DNA from: Obrimoposthia wandeli
Taxonomy: Eukaryota
Assembly (NCBI GenBank): GCA_977020255.1
Contig: CDROCS010001088.1
Location: 1 to 64,000, forward strand
Length of the DNA: 64,000 bases
Direction of reading: 5' to 3'
Under the pieces are notes generated by a model. That model was not told the DNA's origin, made no database searches, and saw only the letters and a list, made by a program, of their open reading frames with translations. The translations under genes were made by a program, and so were the position numbers. Positions 39,312 to 53,200 of this stretch are shown here, in pieces (the first letter of the stretch is position 1; each line of letters begins with the position of its first letter).

Positions 39312-40439
39312 AAATATATTATTTTCTGTTCCAATATTTTTATTCATTTTGATGGAGATTTTGTCGAAAAATATGATTTAAGATAATTGTAGATGGATAT
39401 ACCTATTAAGCTGTTTTGCTCAAAAATATTTCTCATTAATATTTGAAAGAAGAAAGTAAAAATGTTTAATTTTTGTTCCTTTAAAAATGGAAGTAATATA
39501 CTCATGAATTTTTTTATAAACTATCGATCCATTCTTAACCATTACTTTAGTCAGGATCCTTGGTACGTCCTGTAATCTTTCTTTATAGGATGTTCAACGA
39601 AATACTTTCTGAAAAATCCTTCAAAACCTTTTGGGCTTTGACCCACTTCTAACTTTTATTTTCTTCATTGAATTTTAACAATTTATCAGAAAATTTCTTT
39701 ATTCTAAATCGTCTGATATTTTATTCTGAATTTTATATATTGTAGACTCTCTTGATTTGAATTTTGTAGTCACAGACATTCTGTTGTTGTCTCCTTGTCT
39801 TCTTGAGTATTGGCTTCATTCATTTATTTTCGGAATAAATTGTAAATTATTGGTAGTCTTGAATTCACTCAATATAATTTCGAAAAACGTCATACCATGT
39901 TACAATCCTAAATCGCTACTCAATGGTTTACTCGTCGGCCATTTTAAATATTTGAATATAAAGAATAATTCTTTAATGTTTACCCCTTTAAGGACTAATA
40001 TAGGAAACGATGAGTTTAACATGATCTTCTGGTGTATATTTAATTAACCGGTGTACATGTTTAAATTTATTTTATTCTATCTGGGATAAATTATAACATG
40101 GTAGATATGTGTAACATTTGTTCAAAGATTTTATGATACAAAAATCCCAAAGAACGATTTATATTTAAACATTTTTTGATAAGCATCTTAAAAAACAATT
40201 CCGGCTATAATTTAGACAAAGGTAAAAGGAACAAGTGTTAAATTACAAAAGAATATATGTGTTAACACTTAAAACATCGTTTGACAGGAGATATTGCTAT
40301 GACTTATGGAAAGCTCATTCACCTTCAAAATCCTATCACAGGTTTGACAATAAAATTCTGTACAAGATATTGTAAATTTGAATTTAAAACAACAAAAAAT
40401 ACAAATCTTATTATCCATTTTCAACTTCTTTAAAATGCT

Positions 40440-40780
40440 CAAAATAATTATCATTATTTATTATACATTTTTCCTAACGACCAGTTAGTTTATTAATTCC
40501 CTACAATAATAAGTTAGGTGGTCTTGAAGCAAACCATTCGTCAATAGCAGAAATTACTTCTTTTTGTGTCTCAAATGACTTTCCATGTGGGCCAGATTTC
40601 ATTGACGAAAAGACGAAAAAATCTGATGGTGCAAGGTCCTGAGAAAATGAAGAGTGAAGAATGACATTAAATCCAAAATCATTTAGAGTGGCAACTATAT
40701 TATGAGCAGTGTGCGGTATCATGCAAGTATTGAAAGTGATTTTCTGATTTGATTGCTTCAACTAGTTTATCTAGCTGGTT
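40440..40780 (-). mobile_element. mariner transposase 3' remnant
   Basis: HSSFSQDLAPSDFFVF..EVISAIDEWFASRP..GINKL..EKCI. Confidence 0.85.
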
Positions 40781-41589
40781 ACGAAAAATCATTTTATCAT
40801 GAAATATCAATTAACAGGAGGCTAGAAACTGAGGCTAGAAACTTGCGATTTGTATACATCCACAGACCCAAGTCACCCCAATGACTAGATTAATCTCCAT
40901 TCTTTCTATATATCCATTCTTCATCTATCGAGATAAGACAATATAAAATTTGTTATTATTTATATCAAAAGCAGTTCATAGCATATTTTCTTCTATTTGT
41001 TTTGTGTTCATCAGTCAATTGATAAAGTATTCATCTGTTACACATATATCTTTTCCTTATACATATCATTTTTCTTGTAAGTTAAAATAAAATTCAACAG
41101 ATATGCTACAGGTTGTACAATGTGTCAAGGCAATTTTAATTTAATCGACAATGTCAAGATCTATATACTCGGGAGTAGGGTGATGTGTCCAGTTCCGGCC
41201 ACCACCTCAAAAAGAAATTCACTCACAATTTCACATTTTGTTATAGTACACATGATTTTCGAGGGTGAAATTCATATTTAGGTCATTGTGTGCTGAAGTA
41301 CGTCTTTCAGATTGATTTAAGTCTAAATTTATAAGTTTTTGTTTAAACGCATCCATTTTTATGCGCGCAAATTTAAAAACGTACTATCATACAGCTATTT
41401 TCAAGATCATTATCAAGGGATTTTAAAATCAAAGTCCCATCTTAATATTTTTAATTCATTTTTAAAATCTTTTTTTGTTTTACTGTATCAATTTCAGTGA
41501 ATGGGAATTCAAAGGTGTGTGTTCTGATATTAGTGTACTATAATAGATTTGATTTAAATTTTGTTTTAAAATTGTTTTATCACTTAAAA

Positions 41590-41592
<3 letters not shown>

Positions 41593-41630
<38 letters not shown>
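41593..41630. repeat. (AT)n microsatellite
   Basis: Direct reading. Confidence 0.95.
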
Positions 41631-41634
<4 letters not shown>

Positions 41635-42668
41635 AGATTGATGTGTTGTGCTCGTTGCAGATATTGATGTGCATGTTCGAATTTTTATTTGAGAAAAATA
41701 AAAATAAATAAATAAAAATTGCTATAAAAATCCATTTAATATTAATTGGCTAATTAGAACTTATATTATTATTTCAAAATGCCCACGATTGAGCGGCGAT
41801 TTTCAAACAGACCGCGATGACCAGCATTTTAGGCCGTTTCGTCCTTATAAATTCATCAGGCGGCCGAAAAAGTCTTATCTTCTATTTCGCAATAAATATT
41901 TATTGCCAAATGGAAAATAAGATTTTTTAAAAAATAAAAATTTGAAACTTACTTTTTGTTTGAAAAGAGAGGCCAGATTGCAGCGATTTTTCAGACCAGT
42001 TCGCGATGTCCCCACACTACCCGATCTACCTCGGCCAGTTTCTCAGTCTCCCTCACTGATGGTAATCATCCCTGTCCCAGACCGAAGACAGGCTTTGCAG
42101 CCAGGTCAGGTGCCTCACAGTACACAAACAACCGTAACAGTATTGACCCACCACTAGCCAGCTGCTACCATCGAAAAACAGCCCCGTTGTTTCTCGTTCT
42201 GACAGCAGTAACATTAACTGAAGTTCCACCCGGCTGCAGTAACCATGACAATTACGTGTTGTTTTGGCTGCATCACCATGGACACCACCTGACGTCTTAA
42301 CTCCTCCTTCGTTAATTGTTTCTCTATCTTTCTCACGTACATTACCATGGAGCCACGACTGCCTATGGAGTAAATGTGAGGAGTGGTGTCATGTTGGATA
42401 GGACATTTTGTGTGTATAATTGTAAATGGCATATCTGTTGGTTACTATTGGTTGTGGTGAGTTGTTGTTTGTGAGTGTATGTGATGGGTGAAAATCAATG
42501 TACAATTGTATCTCACTTTCGTTTTTCACTCTGTCAGTCGCGTGTGCCCTCAGGATTGACATCATCAATATAAAGCAACACTTATGCCAGTAAAAACATA
42601 ACAAAAATTGGCACTAGTCATTAATTTGTTGTCTAAAAATAAAATTCTAGAATATTTCCCAATTTAAA

Positions 42669-42785
42669 AAAGACAAGGATTGAATTGACAAGGATTAAAT
42701 TTACAATTTAAATCAAGCCTTATCTTTACAATATTTTCCAATCAAAAAGACAAGAATTGAATTGACAAGGATTGAATTTACAAAA
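42669..42785. repeat. ~40-bp direct repeat x2 with internal sub-repeats
   Basis: aaaaagacaaggattgaattgacaaggatt occurs twice with minor changes. Confidence 0.8.
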
Positions 42786-44066
42786 TATATAAAAATAATC
42801 AAAAGTATAATACTTTTAAATTCATGTAACAAAAAAACAATTTACTTTTTTCTAAGGGGAATGTGTATTTTTTGGGTCAAGACAAAGTACGAGGGAACCC
42901 CCCACCCCGAGAACCAGACGCAGAATCATGTGTACTATGACAAAATGTGACATTGTGTGCGAATGTTTTTTTAGAGTATCATTAGTAGGTGGCCGGAACT
43001 GGACAGCAGCAAATATCCCTTCCATAAACTTAGAAGTCTTGTTTCTTATTCAAAACCCTTCCTGTTGACATAAGCTCATTAAATACGTCTTTCATGGAGT
43101 CTATATTCTCTTTGCACTAAAAGACAATTCTGAAAAAGGGATAAATTGTTAATCCTAAATCTTGAGGAAATTTGATACTAAACATGACTTTACCTAAATA
43201 AATATTTAATAGCTTAAATAAATCTCTGCCTTTATTATTATCCCCATGTATAATATTTTTACCTTATATGAGTCATATAATAAATATAAACAAGGCAATC
43301 AAATTGACGTTTCAGATCATGATATCAGCGGACAACTGTCAACGTATGTAGCTCAAAATTCTGAGATTAAATTTTATTCAAATATATCTCAAGGAAAAAT
43401 CAAAAGTTCGCAAGTCTATAAATGTATTTCATAATAATCTATCTAAAAATAACAAGGAAATAAAATATTGTCCTTTGATAACATTGTCAAAATGTGGTAG
43501 AAGAGAATATGAGTATACCCTGTATGAAGTAAAGGCACCATAATGTACATAAAAGATACATATATATATATATATAGAGAGAGAAAGCCAGTAAAAAGAA
43601 TGACAACGACCAAGAGAAAGAAATATATAGCAGAAAGGAGCAGAGTTTCGTTGTACAGATCAACCACATTGAATTAAAACGATGTAACGTAAGGCATTTG
43701 AAACTCATTATGATTTAAGTCTTCTTGGATTAGTACGTCACACTAATTCATTGTGATATCTCGTATATTGTGTTGCAGTATTGTGATTAAAAGTAACAGA
43801 TATGTACAGAAGTCATAATTCTGACAGGCAACCTAGAAAAATGCAACATAGACTTTGAGAGATACGATTCGTTTGTATTATGAAAATAGGACCAATGATA
43901 GTTTAATATTACAGAGATTCTAAGTAGTGCAGTTGAGTTTTTTCAGTAACACTGTCTAAACAATTTGTAAATTGAAAAGTTACATATTCGTCCTTCTGTC
44001 ATAATACTGACAATTTAGTCCCAAAGTTGTTGTTGCGTTCTGGCGATGTTGCAGAATGTGTGGTGG

Positions 44067-44231
44067 TCAGACTTGAGCTACCGGGAGATGATGAGGTATT
44101 GGCTTGAGAGAGTAGGGACCATTGGTGACACTACCTGCGCCGGAGAAATAACAGCTGGGGTTGTTGTCCTGCATATGCCCCATCAATTGAGAGGAAAGGG
44201 ATGACTGTGGTGGTTGCAGTTGTTGTTGGAT
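44067..44231 (-). CDS. FZD5/8: Frizzled terminal exon ending HLPVAQV*
   Basis: Acceptor ctactacag|ATC; 55 codons in phase 0 with the upstream donor CAG|gtacac at 45284; missed by the ORF track. Confidence 0.85.
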   Translation of the reverse strand: MQQQLQPPQSSLSSQLMGHMQDNNPSCYFSGAGSVTNGPYSLKPIPHHLPVAQV

Positions 44232-47200
44232 CTGTAGTAGAAATGGACAGTGACAATGGATAGCTATAACTATAAATAGACAGTATTGGAATCAACTCAT
44301 TACGCTCTGAACTAGTATCACAATAAACATTATGAAACTAACAAGATGATAACTCAATCTCATATGCTTAGAGGTGGATTAAAATTGGTGAGAATGATAA
44401 AAGTTACACCAAAATGATCCAAAGACTTTCCATGGTCAGTTTCAAAAGGTGCTGTGATTGTCAAAAGGTCTTATAATTTATCAAAAGCGCTTCAAGTTTT
44501 CCAAGGTAGAGATTAATCTTCGTAATATCAGAGCATACATTTCAAATATTCTATCACTTCGTTTTTTTAGTTGAGGATTTCTTAACCAAACTGGTGTCAT
44601 CATCGTTGCTCTTCAGGCGCATTTACATGCTCACTGTCCCAGGTTTGAGAAGATCATATAGATATTTGGGCTTTTTGTGAGAAAAAATAATTTTTTATAA
44701 TAAATAAGATCTTAAATTCAATTCTGGGATTGATCGGTAGCCATTGTGGTTTCATTAGGAATTCATTTGTAATAGCCCTTTGCTTCAATTTTAATATTTA
44801 AAAAAAATTATTAAATTTTTTGCAATTGATTTAATTGATGAACTATAATATTTAACAGATAAGAATTTTAAAAATCAAGTCTTGGTGTAATAATCGCATG
44901 CATTATCATTGTATTTATCTCAAAAGTTAAATATTTTCTTATTGTGTAAATCTTTTTGACTGTTGCATCATCTTATCACTTAATTAATTTGACTGTAAAT
45001 TGCAAATTTTCCTCGAGTACACAACCAATGTTGTTTATTGTACTTATAAAATTAATAACATTTTTACCTACATGTATAGCACTTCGTTTTTTATTCCGCT
45101 TTTATTCTGATGTTTATCTGATTACATGCATATTTTATTGTTTTGTGACTTTTGATAATGTTTGATTTTAATTAAATTATGAGTTTTTGTGAATAATCTA
45201 TCATAAACGTTTCTATAATTATTATGTAGTATATCTTCTGCTCCAAAATGGCAAGGTGTGGGAGCTGACAGAGAGTGGTGTACCTGGTCGGATCGGTAGG
45301 TCTCCTGCCAAGAGGCAGGGCAGTGCTGATGCAGTGGGGGAGGCGTGCTGTGTCCACTGCCACCTCCACTGTGTGACGGTGGAGTGGGGAGTGGCACAGC
45401 AGGGGGATGACCGAGCATCATGAGCTGCTGATGGTGCTGTTGCTGACGGGAGAAGCTGGCGACGCTGGCAGGGGTGCCCATGAGAGGGGTCCGATGCAGG
45501 GGGCACTTGGCCGAGGTGGCATCTGGCTGGCTGAGATGGTGATGCAGCTGGGGTCTTGGCGGCGGTCTTGGTGGCCGGGAAAACACTCGCTTCATGACCC
45601 TCTGCCACGACAGCAGCGTCTTGCGGGACCAGACCCAGCATCCCGCCGTCGTTCCCACTCCCAGGAACATGAAGTACTTCAGCATGAAGACTGCTTGTGA
45701 CGGCTCTGACAGCAACACCTGGACGAGAGAAACCAATTAGGATTTTAAAAATAAATCAGAAATTTGAAATTATCTTTTTTTAACTTCATTTAAATATTGA
45801 AGACACATCAGTTGAGAAAGTCTCGTTGTCCATCAGTACCACAGTACAGAAACTCACCTTGAGGCCAGTGTGACGTGCGTCATAACAATCGCAAGCCATC
45901 TCCTCGTGCCACTGACGCCGGTTCCAGGCCTCGTAGATGAGGCAGGCCAAGGTCACCGCGGCTGGGCCCACATAGAGTACTCCGAATACACCGATGCGCA
46001 CAGTCAGTTTCTGAAGCTGATTGGCAGCCTTCTCTCCGCCAGTGCTGCTCTCCATCTTGGAGCCTTTCGAGTCAATAGGACCCGGTAAACAACGTATGTG
46101 CGTACTCACATGATACCCAGACTAAATATGAATATAATGTAATCTGTATTTAATAATTATTTGAGTCTCGCTTTCATCAGATAAACTAATTGGATTTCAT
46201 AAAGTTTGATATTTGTGTTAAATTTAGGAAATAATTTTTAAACAACATCCGAAAATCAAATAAGCAGAAGTTACTTAGTCATATTTAAGATTCTGACAAA
46301 TTCGAGTAGTGTAGGAAAGACAAACTTCTAGCAGCCTCACCATTGAATGCCAATGCGACAGAGGAAGAAGAGGCTAGCGACTGCAGTTGGTGCTGATTGT
46401 GGAGTTGATTGTGCTGGCTGCTGAAGGGCATAGTGCGAAGTGGCTGTGGCTGGTGCTGGAACCTGATGACGTGTCGAATTCGGAGCAGTGCTGCAAACCC
46501 GGCAAATAGAAGCAGAGTGCCCAGCGTCAGCAGGAGAGCCAGTGGCACCACAACAAAGCCAAGAAGAGCTGGCCAGCTGGCCTCGTTGGTGCCGATGTAG
46601 CAGATGCCGGCCACAGGGTCACCATCGACGACGCTGAGTGTCAGTGCAAGCAAACTCAGCAGACCCGGCAGTAGCCAAGCCACGAAGTGGTATATCTGCA
46701 AGACCGGATCAAGTTTAATCAGCGATACATTGCTGACTATTTCCAGTAAATTTTTTTGTCAATTTCAGGTAGCAGACAAATGGTTTTATAATGAAAAATT
46801 TCAATTTCCCACAAAATGTATACTATAATCGATCATATAATTCATGAAAGTTCTGTCTGTCCATTACGCATTTTGACATTCCTCAATAAATATGAAAAGT
46901 GTGGATATCATCTGCGGAATTTTCACCAAACAGATTCTTCTATATAGCTTGGGAAAGGTGATTCAGAAGTCATTTTAAAAATATTCAATTACTAATCATA
47001 AACAGACAATTTTGATTAAAGTAATATTAAACATTATTCATTTTGAATAGTACTTTAAATTATTTGGTAAAGATACAAAAAATATTTTTCATTTTATTTC
47101 ATTTAAATAATATTCAATACTTTTAATTATAAGTCTGAAACACGTTAGTTAGCCCCGATCATATAGATATTGCTTTTCTAGCGTCATCAACCACTTTACA

Positions 47201-50200
47201 ATTCAATTGAATATCTTAATTCTGAATGCTCCAGACGTCAAAATAAAATAAATGATTCTGCAGCAACCTAAAAATAGCAAATTAATCTCGTTTCCTCATC
47301 GACAATGACATAGCTTCGTGCAATTACTTCATGTTTAAATGAAAATTATGACCGATTTTAGAAAGAAATTCATGTCACATTGTTTCTTTGTTGATTCGGA
47401 ATTCCTACATCTGGAACAATAATCTTATTCCACACAAAAGTCTTTCTAACTTCTATGAATGTAATCAGGCCTGATCATCGATACTGCACAAAGATCTAAA
47501 GATAACAATTAATTGACTAAATGTATTTCCCCTTGCTAAAGTTACAACTTTCGATTTCATCTGAAGTACAATGAAAATGTACAACCAAACAATGGTTGTT
47601 TCATAGAAATTATTCATCTGTATTGTAAAATAAATTGCATTGTTTATCTTAATTTAATATATTTTATTATATACATCGGTAAAAAATAAGCTTCAGAAAA
47701 CGCTGGTCAACAAAATATTTTTGTCTTGTTGCTTTCCATAGAAATATGAGTGTATAAATCTATTTTTATGCTGATGCGAATAAAACCACGCTTAAATCTG
47801 TATCATTTCTACTTTTCACGGAACATAACATATAATACTTCAATTTTAATTTTTGTTGTACTTCTCGTTTTAAACTTGTATAGTAATCAGTCATCATAAT
47901 GCAATTTCATAGCCCTGGGTCTTTCCATTTCATAAAAATCTTAATGAAACACTCATCATGTTTTTCAATGAATGCTCCTAAATTCTCTGTACAATTTTCT
48001 TTTGTTAGTTAATGAATAAATTCAATTTTCCAACTCATTTTTTTCGATGATTTGAAACATACTTTATACTTTTAATATTCACATACATTTTAATTTTAAA
48101 ATTACATAACTTTTAATATTTAAAATAAAGTTTTGTGTTTGTTTTTATATTCAATTATAGAAATAAATAAAATATTTTTAATTCCATCAAAATGTAGTTG
48201 CATCAATAATTTTCCACATTTATGTTATATTTGCAGCAAATTAAGGATACAAAATCAACGGACGGAAATAAAATCCAAACTTTTAGAAGCATATTTAAAG
48301 TAATTCGGATGTGTGATTGAAGACCAAGATAAAGCAGGAGCTCCTCGTGTTTCTTGTCGTCCTTGTCTCACGCATTTATTAAGTTGATAAAGAAATACAA
48401 TTTTACCTCTTCTTCACATAAAGTTGAACTTCATGGAGCAATTTATAAAGATAATCTCGAATGTTAAATATCATTAAAACTAATTTTTTTCATTCCAAAA
48501 ACTTGGGTTAATTTAATTTATTTATATTATACAAATTTTAAATGTGCAGTTAAATTCGTATTATTTTCTACTTAATGTAGATTTTTAAGTAATTTCAAAC
48601 ATGTATTCCTAATATAAATGTATAATAATTTGAAAATCGATATTTTACAAAAATCTAGACGCACTGGAATGCTTTTTTGCCATATTTGAAATCAGTCTAA
48701 ATTCCCCTTTAGAAATTTATTGACACATTTAATTTATATAATTTCTTTTTATTAAGGTTTGGTTACATTTAGTATAAATTATTTTTTTGAATACTACAAT
48801 TTTTGATTAGGCATTTTCAGACAGATATTTTCATGCATCTGCGATCCACAATGATTTCAGACGGAAACGCGTTAATTAGATGTGTTGTGAAGGAGCACCC
48901 TCTTGTTGATAAATTGCTGATGCTATCAAATGTTTCTTAATCATCTATATTTAAATATATTTGTTGATGTTTCCATTGAGAACAACTATTGGTGCCCTAA
49001 GGTTAACTGAAAACTCACACTAACTTTATGATTTTTTGTTTCGGTTATATGAGGCTTTTCTTGACTCCAGAAGCGAGTATTTGACCCATTCACCATTGTA
49101 CAATTTTACCTAGTGTTATTTTAAAATTTCATAAACTAAATTTATTACCTAAACATCACTAAATAAGCATTTTAATTGTTAATTACATTGAACCATTTAA
49201 ACTGAAACTTTACAAGAAAGCAAATCAACCAAATCTGAAAGCAAATTTTTCTTCTGATATTCTGGGAAAGCAGAAGTAGAGAAAGAATACAGCAGGAAGC
49301 CCATTTAATTGTTTTTAGATGCAATATTAATGCTGTGTTATCAAGGGCCATGTGTATATGGATCATGGGAGCGAGACTGAATGCGATCCCATATGTCCTT
49401 GGGGGAGAATGCAGTCGTCAGGTTATGGAGTCAGATCATATGGTCGCGTACAAGAATTTTCATTAAGAAATTGCCAAATATATACCATTCTAGGATAATC
49501 TTTTATTGAAATCAGAAATGCATTGGAAAATATTAATAGTTTCTAAAAACAATATAACTTCTAAAATGATAACAATTGTCACATTTATCATTTCGCTAAA
49601 TTTTAAAAATAGAAATATTCGTTTATACTATTGTTTGTATTTAAATTGAACTGTAATGTTTTAGAGTCAAACATATTTCGAGTTAATCTACTTATATTTA
49701 TAGTTAGTATGAAGTTATTAAAGTTTTTTAATCTTTAATGCAATTTTTGAAATTTAAGAAAAGCTTAAAATGTTTCCCTTACTCGATTTTTCGCCAAATG
49801 TCAGACGAGCACAAAACAAGTAACTTAAAATGCAGTCACTAAACAACGATATAAATATTGTAAAAGGAGGAATTTCATTATATTATAATAATTGTAATAA
49901 TTGTACTTTTCAATTTTATAACATTAAAAATATTTTTCTAGTTAAAATTTATTTTAATTAATTTAAGAAAGAACACCTTCAAAACTAATTATATATTTTT
50001 GAAAGAGCAGAAATACATCAACAGATTTAACTTTCAAACTAAATATAGATTGTTTAGTGTTAGATTTATACAGACCAAACTAAACTACGATTTTTCTCCT
50101 TCACCTACCTCAAATCCCAGGTGACTTAATTGAACTTGGACTTTGAAGGAAAGAAAATAAATTATTATGACATAAAGTGGCATAAAGCAAATTTTCCCAA

Positions 50201-53200
50201 CTGTTTTTGTCTATTTCTTGCTTAGAAACTGGTAACTATTAAATATATTTAACTTATATAACTTTTAGACATGAACTTAATTGCAGCTATAAAAATAACC
50301 AACAAAACAAAATTTCATTTTTTAACGACCAAAAATTTAATTATGTTATTTAATTTAATACAAACACGAAATTTTGATAATAAAAATAACAATTATAATG
50401 TACAATTTTAAAATAAAAATAATCGTACACTGTTAAAATGATGATTTAAATTAAAATAAACTATCGAAAACACAATAGAATTGAAACTGGTATATATGTA
50501 AGGTTATACTTGTTTACATATTTTAGTTGTTAAAGAATATTATTGTATTCAATGAGTCCTACGAGGAAAATAAAAAGAAAGTAATAATCATACAATATCA
50601 TGAATTAAAAAAAACGTTTATGTATTCAAATTTAGCATCAGAAATATGAATAAAATACTATTTCAAATTATACAAGAAAATTAAATTTTGAATCAGAATA
50701 TTAATATTTATTGAATCAAAACAAAATTAAGATAAAATGCACAAATTTTATATTTCCAGTTACGTTTCATTTTAAATGAACGATAAATGAATTGTTTTTA
50801 ATTCATCTATTTACTTCTACTGGTTTGTTCTGAAAAGGTTTTATGGCCTCCATTTTGATATAAGTTTAGTAAACGCTAAATTGCATTATTACTAAAAGCC
50901 CAAAATTATATTTCTTTAAATTTATGAAAAATCAGGATTTAATAACTTACCATTCTGAATTCAGATTTACTTAATATCAGAGCCAATAACAGCTAATTAA
51001 TCCACTTTTAATTGCCATAGTCACTGGACCAAGGCCACACCGAACCCGGTCCCTCAGACTGGGCTTGGGTCGCAGTTGTCAGACTGCTGAAGGCCGATGT
51101 CAGTCATTCAGAGTGGCATGAATATTCTATGACCTTACCTCCGCGTCTCTGCAGCGACTGACCATTCACTGTAGCTGTCAGTCATTCATTCTGTCACGGT
51201 CCGGACAATTTGCTACTGACATCTCCAGTCCGCCGTATTTAGAACACCAATGGCTCAAGTGTTTCCATAAAATCAGTCACTCTTCCCCTCACACAATACT
51301 CCACCCATCTCTCCCCTCATCGATACACACAAAAGCAGGGTTCAGGAAAGACAGGAGTCTTTAGAATTGCTTCCACGCTACATTACAATGCGTTAAATCC
51401 TCTCCCTACCAACTAATCCACTGGACTAAATTAGCAGTAATTCAAGATCCAAAACTCCCAGGAATGTTAAGTAAACAGTTCTTGATCGAAGTCAAATTGT
51501 TGAAATTATAATAAAAAAGCCAATAATGTTGAATACAACATCACAAAATAGTATAAGCTATCTTGCAAATCATATCCAATGGTGGTACTTTATTAATTGG
51601 TTACATTTTGTATATTTTAAAAAATAACTATATAAAGGCTAAAATAAACAAATTAAAAAAACTTGCTTCACAAGCAATTTTATGTTGACATTCAGAAATG
51701 GACAAGTTTAAATATAAATTTGTTATGTAAAATTAAGTGCAAATAAATTGCTTTATTAACGTTTCTGTGATAAAAATAATTGTGCATACCTTAAACTAAA
51801 TAACCTTCAGATTTGACAATAAGCAGGTTAGGACTTACACACGTTCATACTTTTCTGAACTCACGAGCTAGAGGCTTCCCTAGGAAGTGTAACAACTATA
51901 GACCCAAAATTCAAAAGAATTGAAAATTCAGAGTTTCTGAGCATTATAACTTTAAAACGACCTTCATTAATTAAAATAGAATGTCAATAAATTATGAAGA
52001 AATTTTGGGTTGTTTATTATAATAAAAATGTCATCCATATTGAATAAACTCCTACTGGATTACTGAAAATTGTAATAATGTACCTGAAACATTGTATTGT
52101 TCAACTCGCGGAGAATGTGCATGCTTATCAATGTAGCGATATTGAAAGTAATTTATTTTAAATTCTATCTTCCTCTGGGTGATTGTTACAATTTATTTAA
52201 CATCTTTAACTGTTGTCATCTCGATTTGAAATATTGTATTTCAATGATTTCCAGGTAAAGCTATTAAAAGTACAGCACTGTAAATTACATTTTAATATCT
52301 ACACTGTCCTACAGGAAGATCCAAATTGATCCGAAGATTAGGAAAGCTAATAACAGCGAATGTGAGCAAATAGAACCCCGCCGAAGATCAACATGGATCT
52401 ATGTGCTTTCTGCTCGGTGCCATGTTGTCTGTGGATTAGCTGCAGCTGCTGCCGCATTTCGTGGACTGGGTCAGAGTTGGCAGGGCTCCAGTGCAAACAC
52501 TCTGTAGGTACTGATCTTGTGGGTGGAGACGAGTTTTCCAATTATTACCACTGTAAAATCCTGATCATTTTTCTAAATATTTTTAAATTATGAATCTATT
52601 AAAAATTCAGTTGTTTTTATCAAAGCACATTAAAACTATGTGTCTTAATTTGTAATGTAAGTCCTTGACTAGTACGATTTTGATTAGTGCAGTTTTTGCT
52701 ATAATACGGTTTTTAACTTTGTCACAAAAAAAGTAATTTGAATATTTTATATGAAATTGGTAATCAATAATTTTAAGGCATATTATCTCAGACAAACCTT
52801 TTCGCAGGCTATAGAAGTAACAAGAGAGAAAAATGCTACAAGTTTAAACAACATTTGGGAAAGGTTACAAAATTCGAAATTTCATTGAAAATATCAGTGA
52901 ATCATAGCGTGAAGTAACTGTGACCAATATGAAATCTGTTTGAAAAGTGCTTTTGTCACGCGCCAATAATTTCTTTTACTTTTGAATCTCAAATTTGAAA
53001 TGTTTTTGAAAACATTGTGAAGCTATGTAAAAGTAATCTCGGATTTGAATCTCTGGATTGTTAAAATATGCTTCAGTGCACAGCTTCGCATCCTGATGAC
53101 TTCGAAGATGAAACACTTATGGAGATGGCACAGCAACGTTTATGAAAATACAGAGAAAAATCAAGAAAACAAAAATCTTGTTCCCACAAAATATTTCATT

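Larger units (their letters stand above)
41177..43020. mobile_element. ~1.85-kb non-autonomous element with ~100-bp TIRs
   Basis: agggtgatgtgtccagttccggccacc..cacattttgttatagtacacatgatt (41177-41260) is the reverse complement of ~42925-43020; no clear TSD. Confidence 0.75.

Noticed and set aside
45172-46828. Plus-strand ORFs over Frizzled exons
   Set aside because: Shadow ORFs with no splice or motif support
51340-51360. GSGKT P-loop-like peptide
   Set aside because: Short frame ending in a stop, no Walker context; another frame fits the nested-gene model
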